A stretch of 32,000 nt of DNA from an uncultured Lentisphaeria bacterium (GTDB lineage Bacteria; Verrucomicrobiota; Lentisphaeria; JABSQK01; JAJFLO01). The notes beneath the pieces are model-generated. The model saw only the letters and a list, made by a program, of their open reading frames with translations. It was not told where the DNA came from and did no database searches. Shown here piece by piece: positions 1-7,767 of this stretch; positions within the stretch are counted from its first letter, which is position 1, and the number at the start of each line of letters is the position of its first letter. A program made the translations under genes and the position numbers. Location: contig OX638337.1 in NCBI GenBank assembly GCA_951812855.1, forward strand, positions 1,560,001 to 1,592,000, written 5' to 3'.

Positions 1-148
1 CCGAGCCATCACAATTTTTATTCTGGCTATACGTTTTTCTGCATCTTTCTTCTTTATCAACACCAGCAACAACCACATAGCCTGCATTCGCAAGACCACA
101 GGTCATTCCACCAGCGCCACAAAACAAATCGATCACAAATTTCCTCAT
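1..148 (-). CDS. DNA (cytosine-5)-methyltransferase, first 49 codons only (gene continues beyond the left edge)
   Basis: My reverse-strand translation from ATG at 146-148 gives MRKFVIDLFCGAGGMTCGLANAGYVVVAGVDKEERCRKTYSQNKNCDGS. DLFCGAGG is SAM-binding motif I (FxGxG) of C5 DNA methyltransferases. The start lies 2 nt after the stop (151-153) of the upstream ORF. Absent from the ORF track because it is truncated. Confidence 0.8.
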   Translation of the reverse strand, partial: MRKFVIDLFCGAGGMTCGLANAGYVVVAGVDKEERCRKTYSQNKNCDGS

Positions 149-150
149 AG

Positions 151-2499
151 TCACGATCCGTCTTCGCCACCTAACACATTAATGATTGAAAGTATATAAG
201 GTGCCATCGCCTGCGAACTTTTTTCTGCCTGTGAATCTGCATCGTCTGGATTTTCTGTTTCATCATAATGTCTATACACAGCCAAAGTTAAAAATCCGAG
301 GCATATTCTAAAGCGATTTTCATTCAATTTTATGGCCGCTTCATCGTTTCCTAATCTCATTTCTTCTAAACGTTCATGGTCTCTATTTACATAAACCATT
401 AGCCCTTCTTCTGAGTTAATGACTTTTGCTCCAGATTTTTCATCGAAACCGTATTCATCCCAATTAGATTTTTCTGCCCATTGCGTAGGGTCGGCTATTT
501 GTGGCTTCTCTGTGTTTTTTGTATCAGATTTTGTTGTGCCCCCAGATTTTGCAGGATTTTCTTCGGGTGTGATCTTTATCTTTATAGGGACTGTTAAAGG
601 AACAGGTCGCGGGCCGTGATCGTCAAAACCAATTTCAAAATCGATAACATCGCCAACTTGTTTATGTTTTGGAACCGAAACAGTAAATGTTGCCGTTCCA
701 TTGCGCAGGCTGGCGCTTCTTGGCAGATCTGCACTCGTCAATGAACACTTCACCCAGCCAGGGCTGTTGGTTCTGGAAAGATAATCATCGGCGGCATCTG
801 TGCCACATTTTATTTTTCGGTTTGCATTGACGGGAACTTCTTTTAAAAAATATTTATTTTGCCCTTCTTTGACAGGAGTCAAATTCAGAGGGTTTAAAAA
901 AGTAGGGAATTTCTTTCCTTCATACAACTCTGTTCCTCTTGGAGTTTTTATCGTTTTAATCGCCGCATTTCCAAAACCAAGAAGTTCTTTTATCATAGGA
1001 TCTCGTGCAATAAAATCGTTAAGCATTTTTTGGGTTTCTTCATCATTTTCAATTTTTTCTTTTGCCCGCCGCAGGCGAATAATTTTTGCGTATTGTTTTA
1101 GTTTAGAATCGTCTTTCAAGCGATCTTTTACCAATTTTTTCAACTCTCGGGATAGGTTGTTAATTATCATCCGCTCACGATCACCCATAAATATTGTTAA
1201 GGCATCTCTGTTCATTTCCTCACATTGAACGTTAATGATAAGGTGATTTTGAAGATCTCCGAGCTTTACGCTGTTCAGCAAGCCCGCATTTTCTGTTGCG
1301 TGAGTTTGGCCGTTGATAGTGTAAAATACACGCTTCCTGCTGTTCTCCATATAGTTGGGAAGTTTGCTAACGCCTGTAGCGATAATTCTAACTTTTCCCA
1401 ATTCAGGATTGGATAAGTCATCTTCGACCAAATGAACAAATTCAGTGGTTCCTTTTGCTGGAGCCTCAGTTGGAATTTCCGGATCTTGATTAGAAGGATC
1501 TGCAAACTCGGCATTGAGTATCACACTCATACCGCTAAATGTGCGATCTGCGATACCTTGTGCTCTGCGTTTTCCTTTCCCTTGTGTTAGTTTGGCATCA
1601 AAATCATATAAGCGAATTGGCAATGCACAATCCAAAAGATTCAGATTCAGCGCGTAATAAAGCCCGAAATCAACACCATGCGCGCCATCTCCTATGTCGT
1701 AATCAAACAATCTTACAACCGAACCTTGTGCTATCAATCCAATTTCCTTATCACCAAAAGACGGTATTGTGGAGGCTTTGAATTGTGGAATTTTGTCATC
1801 AGGTGCCAAATATTCGACGGTTGGCAGTTTTTTACCCTCCTTTATTTTCGGGACGCGAATCAAACTCCAGCCCCAGCTATCAGAATTTCGTTTTTTGCTG
1901 ACTATCAGTTTATAGTGCGGCTTGTCCGATTCTGAGCAAAACCGGATTGAACCGGTTGACCCCATATTGAACTTTCCCTGAACAAAGCCAATACCTTCTT
2001 TATTATTTTCACTCAGACTCATGAATGTGTCAGGAAATTCTGCTGGTAACTGACCTTCGCCGAAATCTACGACCGTAATGGTTGGCGTTTTCTTTTTCTT
2101 CTTGCCTCTCTTTATGCCAATTAAAATGCTCTTTTCTGCCAGCTCCCGCTGTTCGGTTGAACCTAAACTGGATAATTTTCCTTCATTTACGTTGTAAAAT
2201 TGCCGCACAGCTTCCTGCATGGATTGCGGTGCATTTTCGCCTGTTAAATCCGTTATTCCAGCCTCGTAGGCCTTGCGACACAAAACGGCATCAATAGCGT
2301 TTGTAATCAATTCAGTTAATGCTCCTACCGCGTTTGATTGTTGATTTGAAATAGTATCCCAATTCTTTTCTCGCTTGCCGTATGGCTTCCAGTCGTTGTC
2401 GTCGTTGAAGTTTTCAGCATCAATAATTTTCTGCACATCCTCCGTAGTAAAGGCTTGCAGCAATTCAGTCAGAACCTTTTTTGATTGGCTTTCTTTCAT
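151..2499 (-). CDS. GHKL (Bergerat-fold) ATPase, MORC/HATPase_c_3-like, with a ~600-aa uncharacterised C-terminal region
   Basis: 782-aa ORF. N-box ELITNAIDA (~aa 63-71), G1 box VVDFGEGQ (~aa 143-150) and G2 box GKFNMGSTGS (~aa 175-184) occur in canonical order. I recognise no TM segment, kinase H-box or nuclease motif in the rest. Appears translationally coupled to the downstream methyltransferase. Confidence 0.65.
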   Translation of the reverse strand: MKESQSKKVLTELLQAFTTEDVQKIIDAENFNDDNDWKPYGKREKNWDTISNQQSNAVGALTELITNAIDAVLCRKAYEAGITDLTGENAPQSMQEAVRQFYNVNEGKLSSLGSTEQRELAEKSILIGIKRGKKKKKTPTITVVDFGEGQLPAEFPDTFMSLSENNKEGIGFVQGKFNMGSTGSIRFCSESDKPHYKLIVSKKRNSDSWGWSLIRVPKIKEGKKLPTVEYLAPDDKIPQFKASTIPSFGDKEIGLIAQGSVVRLFDYDIGDGAHGVDFGLYYALNLNLLDCALPIRLYDFDAKLTQGKGKRRAQGIADRTFSGMSVILNAEFADPSNQDPEIPTEAPAKGTTEFVHLVEDDLSNPELGKVRIIATGVSKLPNYMENSRKRVFYTINGQTHATENAGLLNSVKLGDLQNHLIINVQCEEMNRDALTIFMGDRERMIINNLSRELKKLVKDRLKDDSKLKQYAKIIRLRRAKEKIENDEETQKMLNDFIARDPMIKELLGFGNAAIKTIKTPRGTELYEGKKFPTFLNPLNLTPVKEGQNKYFLKEVPVNANRKIKCGTDAADDYLSRTNSPGWVKCSLTSADLPRSASLRNGTATFTVSVPKHKQVGDVIDFEIGFDDHGPRPVPLTVPIKIKITPEENPAKSGGTTKSDTKNTEKPQIADPTQWAEKSNWDEYGFDEKSGAKVINSEEGLMVYVNRDHERLEEMRLGNDEAAIKLNENRFRICLGFLTLAVYRHYDETENPDDADSQAEKSSQAMAPYILSIINVLGGEDGS

Positions 2500-2577
2500 T
2501 AGACCTCATTTTCCTTCGCTGATTATTGGAATGTGCAATTTAGCTGTCAGTTCAGTGGCGGAAACAAGAATTCAATT

Positions 2578-2790
2578 TTATAGAACAACGTTAATGCTAA
2601 AGAATACTTCAAGTAGCTGATCCTTTGTTAAGGCATTGTTGAAAGATATTTGTGCATTAAATTTTGCTTTAGGATGGCTCTCATTTAACCCATCTAAAAC
2701 TTGATGTCTTGACAAAATGTATTGTTCAATATCATATTTACTTTCTGTAGATGGAACGTGAAATATATTTGCCACATTCCCTTTCACCAC
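2578..2790 (-). CDS. hypothetical small protein (GTG start; possibly a gene fragment)
   Basis: 70-aa ORF with no ATG start. The open frame extends 13 codons further upstream to a TGA. No recognisable motif. Same strand as the GHKL gene and 78 bp upstream of it. Confidence 0.3.
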   Translation of the reverse strand: MVKGNVANIFHVPSTESKYDIEQYILSRHQVLDGLNESHPKAKFNAQISFNNALTKDQLLEVFFSINVVL

Positions 2791-2852
2791 AACTTTTCCA
2801 TTGAATTGAGAGGCGGTCGGTAAATTATATTTTCAAAGGGGTGTCCGCTATT

Positions 2853-3170
2853 TTATTGTGCGACAAACATAAACTCGCCAGGGGGTGCCCGCCACATGAA
2901 AGCGTCGTCATTCACTGAGATTTCCACGATTACGAAATGTGATGATCCTTTATATATTATTTTTGCGCAGCCTTTATAGTCATATTCACTATTCTTAAAT
3001 ACTAGAACATTATCAACTTTCAAATTGTACTTTTGATAGCCTGAGTCTTCATTCAGGTATTCTTGCATTGATTTTTTGACCATTTCCCCGATATCTTCTC
3101 TTGATGTTCCACATCCAGACATTACGGCACTGATCATCATGCTTACGATTACTTGCATTACTTTTCTCAT
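2853..3170 (-). CDS. small lipoprotein, unknown function
   Basis: From Met14 of the 118-aa ORF the sequence reads MRKVMQVIVSMMISAVMSGCGTS, a signal peptide with lipobox (MSGC). AAGGA lies about 7 nt upstream of this ATG (3168-3170). Confidence 0.6.
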   Translation of the reverse strand: MRKVMQVIVSMMISAVMSGCGTSREDIGEMVKKSMQEYLNEDSGYQKYNLKVDNVLVFKNSEYDYKGCAKIIYKGSSHFVIVEISVNDDAFMWRAPPGEFMFVAQ

Positions 3171-3244
3171 TTTTTCCTTTCGAAATATTTTCCAAATACC
3201 AGATTGCATTCACTTTCTAGTCTGGATCTCGTTGTCGGCGAATC

Positions 3245-3442
3245 CTAAAGAGAAAAATACAGTATCTGTTGTTTTCTCAATTTCTGAAAACAACCATCAA
3301 ATTGATTGTGCCAGAAATACGGGTCCTGACCCTCATCGAAGACAACCAGTTCCGCATCAATCTTCTTGGAAAATTCCAGATAATCTTCAGGTGTCATATA
3401 CACCACTTTCAACGGATCCTTTTTGTCGTGCAGTTTCTCCAA
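3245..3442 (-). CDS. hypothetical small cytoplasmic protein
   Basis: 65-aa ORF opening with TTG. The first ATG is codon 16 (3395-3397). It lies 13 nt downstream of the lipoprotein gene stop. No recognisable domain. Confidence 0.35.
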   Translation of the reverse strand: MEKLHDKKDPLKVVYMTPEDYLEFSKKIDAELVVFDEGQDPYFWHNQFDGCFQKLRKQQILYFSL

Positions 3443-3457
3443 TGAATTATTGACCTA

Positions 3458-3946
3458 CTACTTCCGACATTTATAAATCCCATTTGGCTTTTCAGTACCT
3501 CCTTCGGGTGTTGAAGAAAAATCATAGAATAGACCTGTTCCGTCAGGTTTTATAATAAATGCATAGTCAGAGCCATTTGGACCCCAATCCCAGCGATGGT
3601 TTATACCTTTACGTTGATAGTCAGTGAATTCACCTGAGTAGCTACCATCATATAAAATAAAGCCTACCGATTTTAAATTTGGATTGTTAAACAAGCCAAC
3701 CTCAACTAACGTGTCTGTGTTATATACATAATCCTTGCATTTCCATGTAGTAAACTTACCCAATCTAGCTTCAATATAAGTTTCACCTCCAAGTATTATT
3801 GAGCGAGTCCCTGAAGGAGTTGTAGAAGGAATCGTAGAAGGAATCGTAGAAGGAATCGTAGAAGGAATCGTAGAAGGAATCGTCGCACATGAGGCCAGAA
3901 ATAGAGTGATCGATACAATGCCAATGCTTGTCAATGTTTTCTTCAT
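3458..3946 (-). CDS. lipoprotein with (TIPS)5 repeat linker, unknown function
   Basis: MKKTLTSIGIVSITLFLASCA is a signal peptide plus lipobox (LASC). It is followed directly by TIPSTIPSTIPSTIPSTIPSTTPSG and then a ~110-aa Trp/Tyr/Gly-rich globular part with two Cys. Confidence 0.75.
   Translation of the reverse strand: MKKTLTSIGIVSITLFLASCATIPSTIPSTIPSTIPSTIPSTTPSGTRSIILGGETYIEARLGKFTTWKCKDYVYNTDTLVEVGLFNNPNLKSVGFILYDGSYSGEFTDYQRKGINHRWDWGPNGSDYAFIIKPDGTGLFYDFSSTPEGGTEKPNGIYKCRK
3822..3881 (-). repeat. perfect 12-bp tandem repeat x5 (gtagaaggaatc), in frame, encoding TIPS x5
   Basis: Five identical contiguous units counted at 3822-3833, 3834-3845, 3846-3857, 3858-3869 and 3870-3881. A sixth degenerate unit precedes them (ggagtt variant, TTPS). 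Confidence 0.95.
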
Positions 3947-4309
3947 ATTTATTCTCGTAATTCTGAGAGCCTAACGACCGAACTCAGCGGCTGTCGTCAG
4001 GCAGTCCGCTGGAGTGGTTTGTTATACGTTGTATTTTGCCTGGCTTTCCAATAGCGTTAATTGTTCCTGTGTTTCAGTTTGGTTATTCTTCTTTGCATCA
4101 TTAAATGCACTATTATTATTACCATATTTCTCATTTACAGCCTTCGCAAATTTCTCAATTGTGCCTTCATGGTGTTTCAAAAACTATCTGCTATTTTTTT
4201 CAAGTGCTATTTGGGTCGTGCCTGATCATGGAGGGTCGGATTCGAGCAAACCATATGTTCCCATACGTATTGGAAGGCAGTGTAGTTAAAAGCATCCGGT
4301 GGGTTTAAT

Positions 4310-5713
4310 TTACATATGCAGTGCTCGTCCGGCTGTTGCCATTAATGCTGCTTCTTTTAATGATTCAGTAAAGGTTGGATGAGCATGAACAATTCTTCCT
4401 ATATCTTCGGCCGATGCCTTAAATTCCATTGCAACGACTGCTTCGGCGATCATGTCAGAGCATCTTGGTCCAATCATATGTATTCCAAGAATTTCGTCTG
4501 TTTTCTGGTCGGACAATACCTTCACAAAACCGTCAATCTCACCCAGGGCCCTTGCTCTACCACTGGCTTTAAACGGAAAGTTCCCGGTTTTGTAGTTAAT
4601 TTTACCGGCTTTTAGTTCTTCCTCAGATTTGCCAACGGAGGCGACTTCAGGCCAGGTATAAACAACACTGGGAATAACATCATGGTTTAATTCAGGTTTT
4701 TCTCCGGCAATAAATTCCGCTGCTGCAACGCCGTCTTCTTCTGCTTTATGAGCTAACATCGGGCCTGCAATAACATCGCCAACAGCATAGATGTTTTTAA
4801 CAGATGTCTGCAACCTGTTATTGACATTGATTCGTCCCATTTTATCTGCTTTTAATCCAATCGCGTCAAGGTTTAATCCGCTGGTAAAGGGGCGTCGGCC
4901 GATTGAGACTAATGCGTGGCTGCCTTTAATTGTGATACTGTTCCCGGATTTTTCTTCAGCTGTTACTGCCACGTCTTTGCTGCCGGCTTTGATGGCGGTA
5001 ACGTTAGTGTTTAAATGGAATTTAAAGTTCAATTTTTTTAAACTCTTTTGTAAAACGGCTGCTAACTGGCGGTCCATCACAGGGATAATCGAATCAAAAG
5101 ACTCAATGACCGTTATATTTGCACCCAGGCGTCCATATACTGAACCAATCTCCAGGCCAATAACACCACCTCCAATAATAATTAACTCTTCTGGTACTGT
5201 TTTCAGGCTTAACGCATGAGTTGATGATATTATTTTTTTCCCGTCAAATGGAGCAAGAGGCAGTGGAGTCGGCTCAGAACCGGTGGCAATTATCGCGTGT
5301 TTAAAGGAGATAGATTCACTGTTATTTTTTTGCGTAATTTTGATCGTACTATTATCAATAAATGATCCCAATCCTGCAAAACGCGTAATTTTATTCTTCT
5401 TAATCAGGTAATCAATGCCGGCTGCTGTTGAACTGATGACATTTTCTTTTCGTGCCAGCATTTTGCCGAAATTGAGCTTAATTTCGGGAATTTCAACGCC
5501 ATGATCAGCGAAACTGTATTTGGCAAGGTGATAATACTCTGATGAATCTAACAGGGCTTTAGATGGAATGCAGCCGACATTAAGACATGTTCCGCCAAGG
5601 GCGGTATGTTTTTCGATTAATGCTACGTTAAATCCTAATTGAGCTGAGCGAATAGCTGAGACATATCCGCCGGGTCCCCCACCGATAACGGCGATATCAA
5701 ATGTTTTAGGCAT
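4310..5713 (-). CDS. lpdA: dihydrolipoyl dehydrogenase (E3)
   Basis: 467 aa. FAD motif VIGGGPGGY, redox-active disulfide GGTCLNVGCIPSK, NAD motif IIGGGVIGLE, C-terminal HAHPT interface motif. Confidence 0.95.
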   Translation of the reverse strand: MPKTFDIAVIGGGPGGYVSAIRSAQLGFNVALIEKHTALGGTCLNVGCIPSKALLDSSEYYHLAKYSFADHGVEIPEIKLNFGKMLARKENVISSTAAGIDYLIKKNKITRFAGLGSFIDNSTIKITQKNNSESISFKHAIIATGSEPTPLPLAPFDGKKIISSTHALSLKTVPEELIIIGGGVIGLEIGSVYGRLGANITVIESFDSIIPVMDRQLAAVLQKSLKKLNFKFHLNTNVTAIKAGSKDVAVTAEEKSGNSITIKGSHALVSIGRRPFTSGLNLDAIGLKADKMGRINVNNRLQTSVKNIYAVGDVIAGPMLAHKAEEDGVAAAEFIAGEKPELNHDVIPSVVYTWPEVASVGKSEEELKAGKINYKTGNFPFKASGRARALGEIDGFVKVLSDQKTDEILGIHMIGPRCSDMIAEAVVAMEFKASAEDIGRIVHAHPTFTESLKEAALMATAGRALHM

Positions 5714-5855
5714 GATTATTCCATTTGCTAAACTGGTTAGATAATAATGATACGTGTTATAAGGTTGCTAAAAAATAATCTTATAACTAAAATTCTTCTT
5801 GTAAACGTATGTCTGGTATGAGTGTACACCAGGAATGATATTCAATCCGGTCTGA

Positions 5856-7262
5856 CTATAAATTCAACAGCATTTTAACCGGATCCTCACACTGTTGTTT
5901 GATCTTTACAAGAAATCGGACAGCGTCTGAACCGTCAACAAGGCGATGATCATAGGTCAACGCTAAATACATGATAGGCCGAATGGTAATTTCGCCGTTG
6001 ACGACAACAGGTCGTTCTACAATATTATGCATCCCCATGATTGCACTTTGAGGAGCATTTACAATGGGTGTAGAAAGCATTGACCCGAACACGCCGCCAT
6101 TGGTTATAGTAAATGTCCCGCCAGCTAATTCACTTATAGTTAACTTATTGTCACGCCCTTTGGCTGCTAATTCCAATATGGTTTTTTCAATCTCAAACAA
6201 ACTTAAAGATTCAGCATTGCGAATTACCGGGACAACTAATCCTTTGGGAGTAGAAACAGCGATTCCGACATCACAATAATCAAAATATGTAATCGACTCA
6301 TGGTCCATCTGGGAATTAATGATTGGGAATTGGTTAAGTGCCTGACATGCTGCTTTGGTGAAAAAAGACATGAAGCCCAGATTGACATCATGGGTTTTCT
6401 TAAATTCATCTTTATGCTTTTTTCGAATGTCCATAATCGCTGACATATCCAATTCGTTAAATGTTGTCAGGAGAGCTGCAGACTGCTGTGCATGAATCAG
6501 GCGTTGTGCAATTGTTTTTCTCATCCGAGATAATTTGTCTACATTAGATGATCTGTTAAACTGGGTATGATCATTCAAATTGCTTGAGGATTCGGTTGAT
6601 TTTGTTAGAATCTTACTCGGAATTTTTTCTTCCTTAACCTTTTGCTCCTGATTTGGGTCAGATTCAGTATCACCCGATTTTCGTAAGAGTGTGGTTGTTT
6701 CGTCGGGAGAAACTACCGGGAAGCCAGATTCATAAAAATTCATGAATTTATGCTTCGAGGAGGTTATCGCATCCTGTTTGTCACGCTCCTGGATAAAGTT
6801 AATGACATCTGCTTTTGTGATACGTCCACCTTTACCAGTTCCTTTAATTTCAGTGGAGGAAATATTATTTTCGGCCATTAATTTTCGAGCCGCCGGTGAT
6901 GGAATTGATACGTCATCAAATAGATCCGAATCATTGCCGTTACTATCATCTCTTACAACTGCAGGTTCTGAAATTTCCTTTTTTACGTCTTCTGGTTTAT
7001 TAACTTTGCTTTCGGCTTCTCCACTTGCGGATGTGTCGATAAAACCAACGGCTTGTCCGACCTTCACGGTTTCACCTTCATTTACGGTGATGGTTAATGT
7101 TCCCTCTGCTTCAGCGGTAACTTCAAGTGTTGCTTTTTCGGTTTCTAATTCAAGAACCGGATCATCCATGGCGACATAATCGCCATTTTGCTTAAACCAT
7201 CTGGCGATGTTACCTTCGGTAACCGATTCACCAGTTACAGGTACAATGATATCTACTTTCAT
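5856..7262 (-). CDS. sucB: dihydrolipoamide succinyltransferase (2-oxoglutarate dehydrogenase E2)
   Basis: Lipoyl domain with LETEKA lipoyl-lysine motif, E3-binding domain ([14 protein letters not shown]...[13 protein letters not shown]), catalytic domain ending in [18 protein letters not shown]. Start taken at Met8 (MKVDIIVP, 7260-7262) rather than the ORF-track Met1. Confidence 0.88.
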   Translation of the reverse strand: MKVDIIVPVTGESVTEGNIARWFKQNGDYVAMDDPVLELETEKATLEVTAEAEGTLTITVNEGETVKVGQAVGFIDTSASGEAESKVNKPEDVKKEISEPAVVRDDSNGNDSDLFDDVSIPSPAARKLMAENNISSTEIKGTGKGGRITKADVINFIQERDKQDAITSSKHKFMNFYESGFPVVSPDETTTLLRKSGDTESDPNQEQKVKEEKIPSKILTKSTESSSNLNDHTQFNRSSNVDKLSRMRKTIAQRLIHAQQSAALLTTFNELDMSAIMDIRKKHKDEFKKTHDVNLGFMSFFTKAACQALNQFPIINSQMDHESITYFDYCDVGIAVSTPKGLVVPVIRNAESLSLFEIEKTILELAAKGRDNKLTISELAGGTFTITNGGVFGSMLSTPIVNAPQSAIMGMHNIVERPVVVNGEITIRPIMYLALTYDHRLVDGSDAVRFLVKIKQQCEDPVKMLLNL

Positions 7263-7767
7263 TTTATGTGGTCCTTTATGCACTTAAACTAACGTTATTA
7301 TTATTACAAAATAAGCTCCTGGCTATATAAAAAATTTATTATGCATACTGAACAGGCGGCAATGGTTCCTGAATATACCCGGGGTACGAAGAATGACATT
7401 ACATGTTGAACGCCTGCCCGGAATAAGGTTGTCAGAAATATCGTATTTCTGTTCCTGAAGAGCTTCATTTTCTATAACAGCATACGCCATAAATTGACTC
7501 TCATTCTGATAATAAATTTAATTTTCAATATGGATATTAGGTTATTTCGCATCAATTTTGAGCATTAAATTTTAACCTGTCACATTATCTCTAACCCACA
7601 TAGTTATCAAGAGAATGCTTGAAAAAGTTGGAATCATTACAAGAGTGATTTATTTTGTACTGTCCAAGACTTAGAAAGTTTCATAACCGAATAAGTCGGA
7701 ACAGGAACCCGGTCTTTATATAACAATGTTATCTGAGTGTTTTAAATCGTAAAAGAGGATTACAATC

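Noticed and set aside
419-2620. Seven plus-strand ORFs (63-142 aa) listed inside the GHKL ATPase gene
   Set aside because: They are entirely antisense to a long motif-bearing ORF. Their F/L/S/C/R-rich low-complexity translations are typical of shadow frames. None has a recognisable motif.
3822-3881. Possible CRISPR array because of regular short repeats
   Set aside because: The units are contiguous 12-mers with no spacers. They lie in frame inside a lipoprotein gene, so this is a coding tandem repeat.
3961-4020. GC-rich patch considered as a tRNA/tmRNA fragment or integration att site for the left-hand islet
   Set aside because: No T-loop (GGTTCGAnTCC-like), acceptor stem or CCA-proximal pattern, and I could not find a matching direct repeat elsewhere in the window. 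Kept only as an unexplained twin hairpin.
4014-4308. 91-aa and 67-aa plus-strand ORFs downstream of lpdA
   Set aside because: Composition (runs of F, L, S, C) looks like the antisense of a coding frame. The opposite strand gives a more protein-like 52-codon ORF, reported as a low-interest finding.
7263-7283. 7-codon N-terminal extension of sucB (MHKGPHK)
   Set aside because: The lipoyl domain conventionally starts at M-x-V/I-D/E-I-x-V-P, which matches Met8 (MKVDIIVP).
7433-7732. Short palindromes in the sucB-acs divergent spacer (CAGAAATA-tcg-TATTTCTG at 7433-7451; ATAACA-a-TGTTAT at 7720-7732)
   Set aside because: 6-8-bp AT-rich inverted repeats are frequent in every spacer of this AT-rich window. 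Without statistics or conservation I cannot distinguish them from chance.
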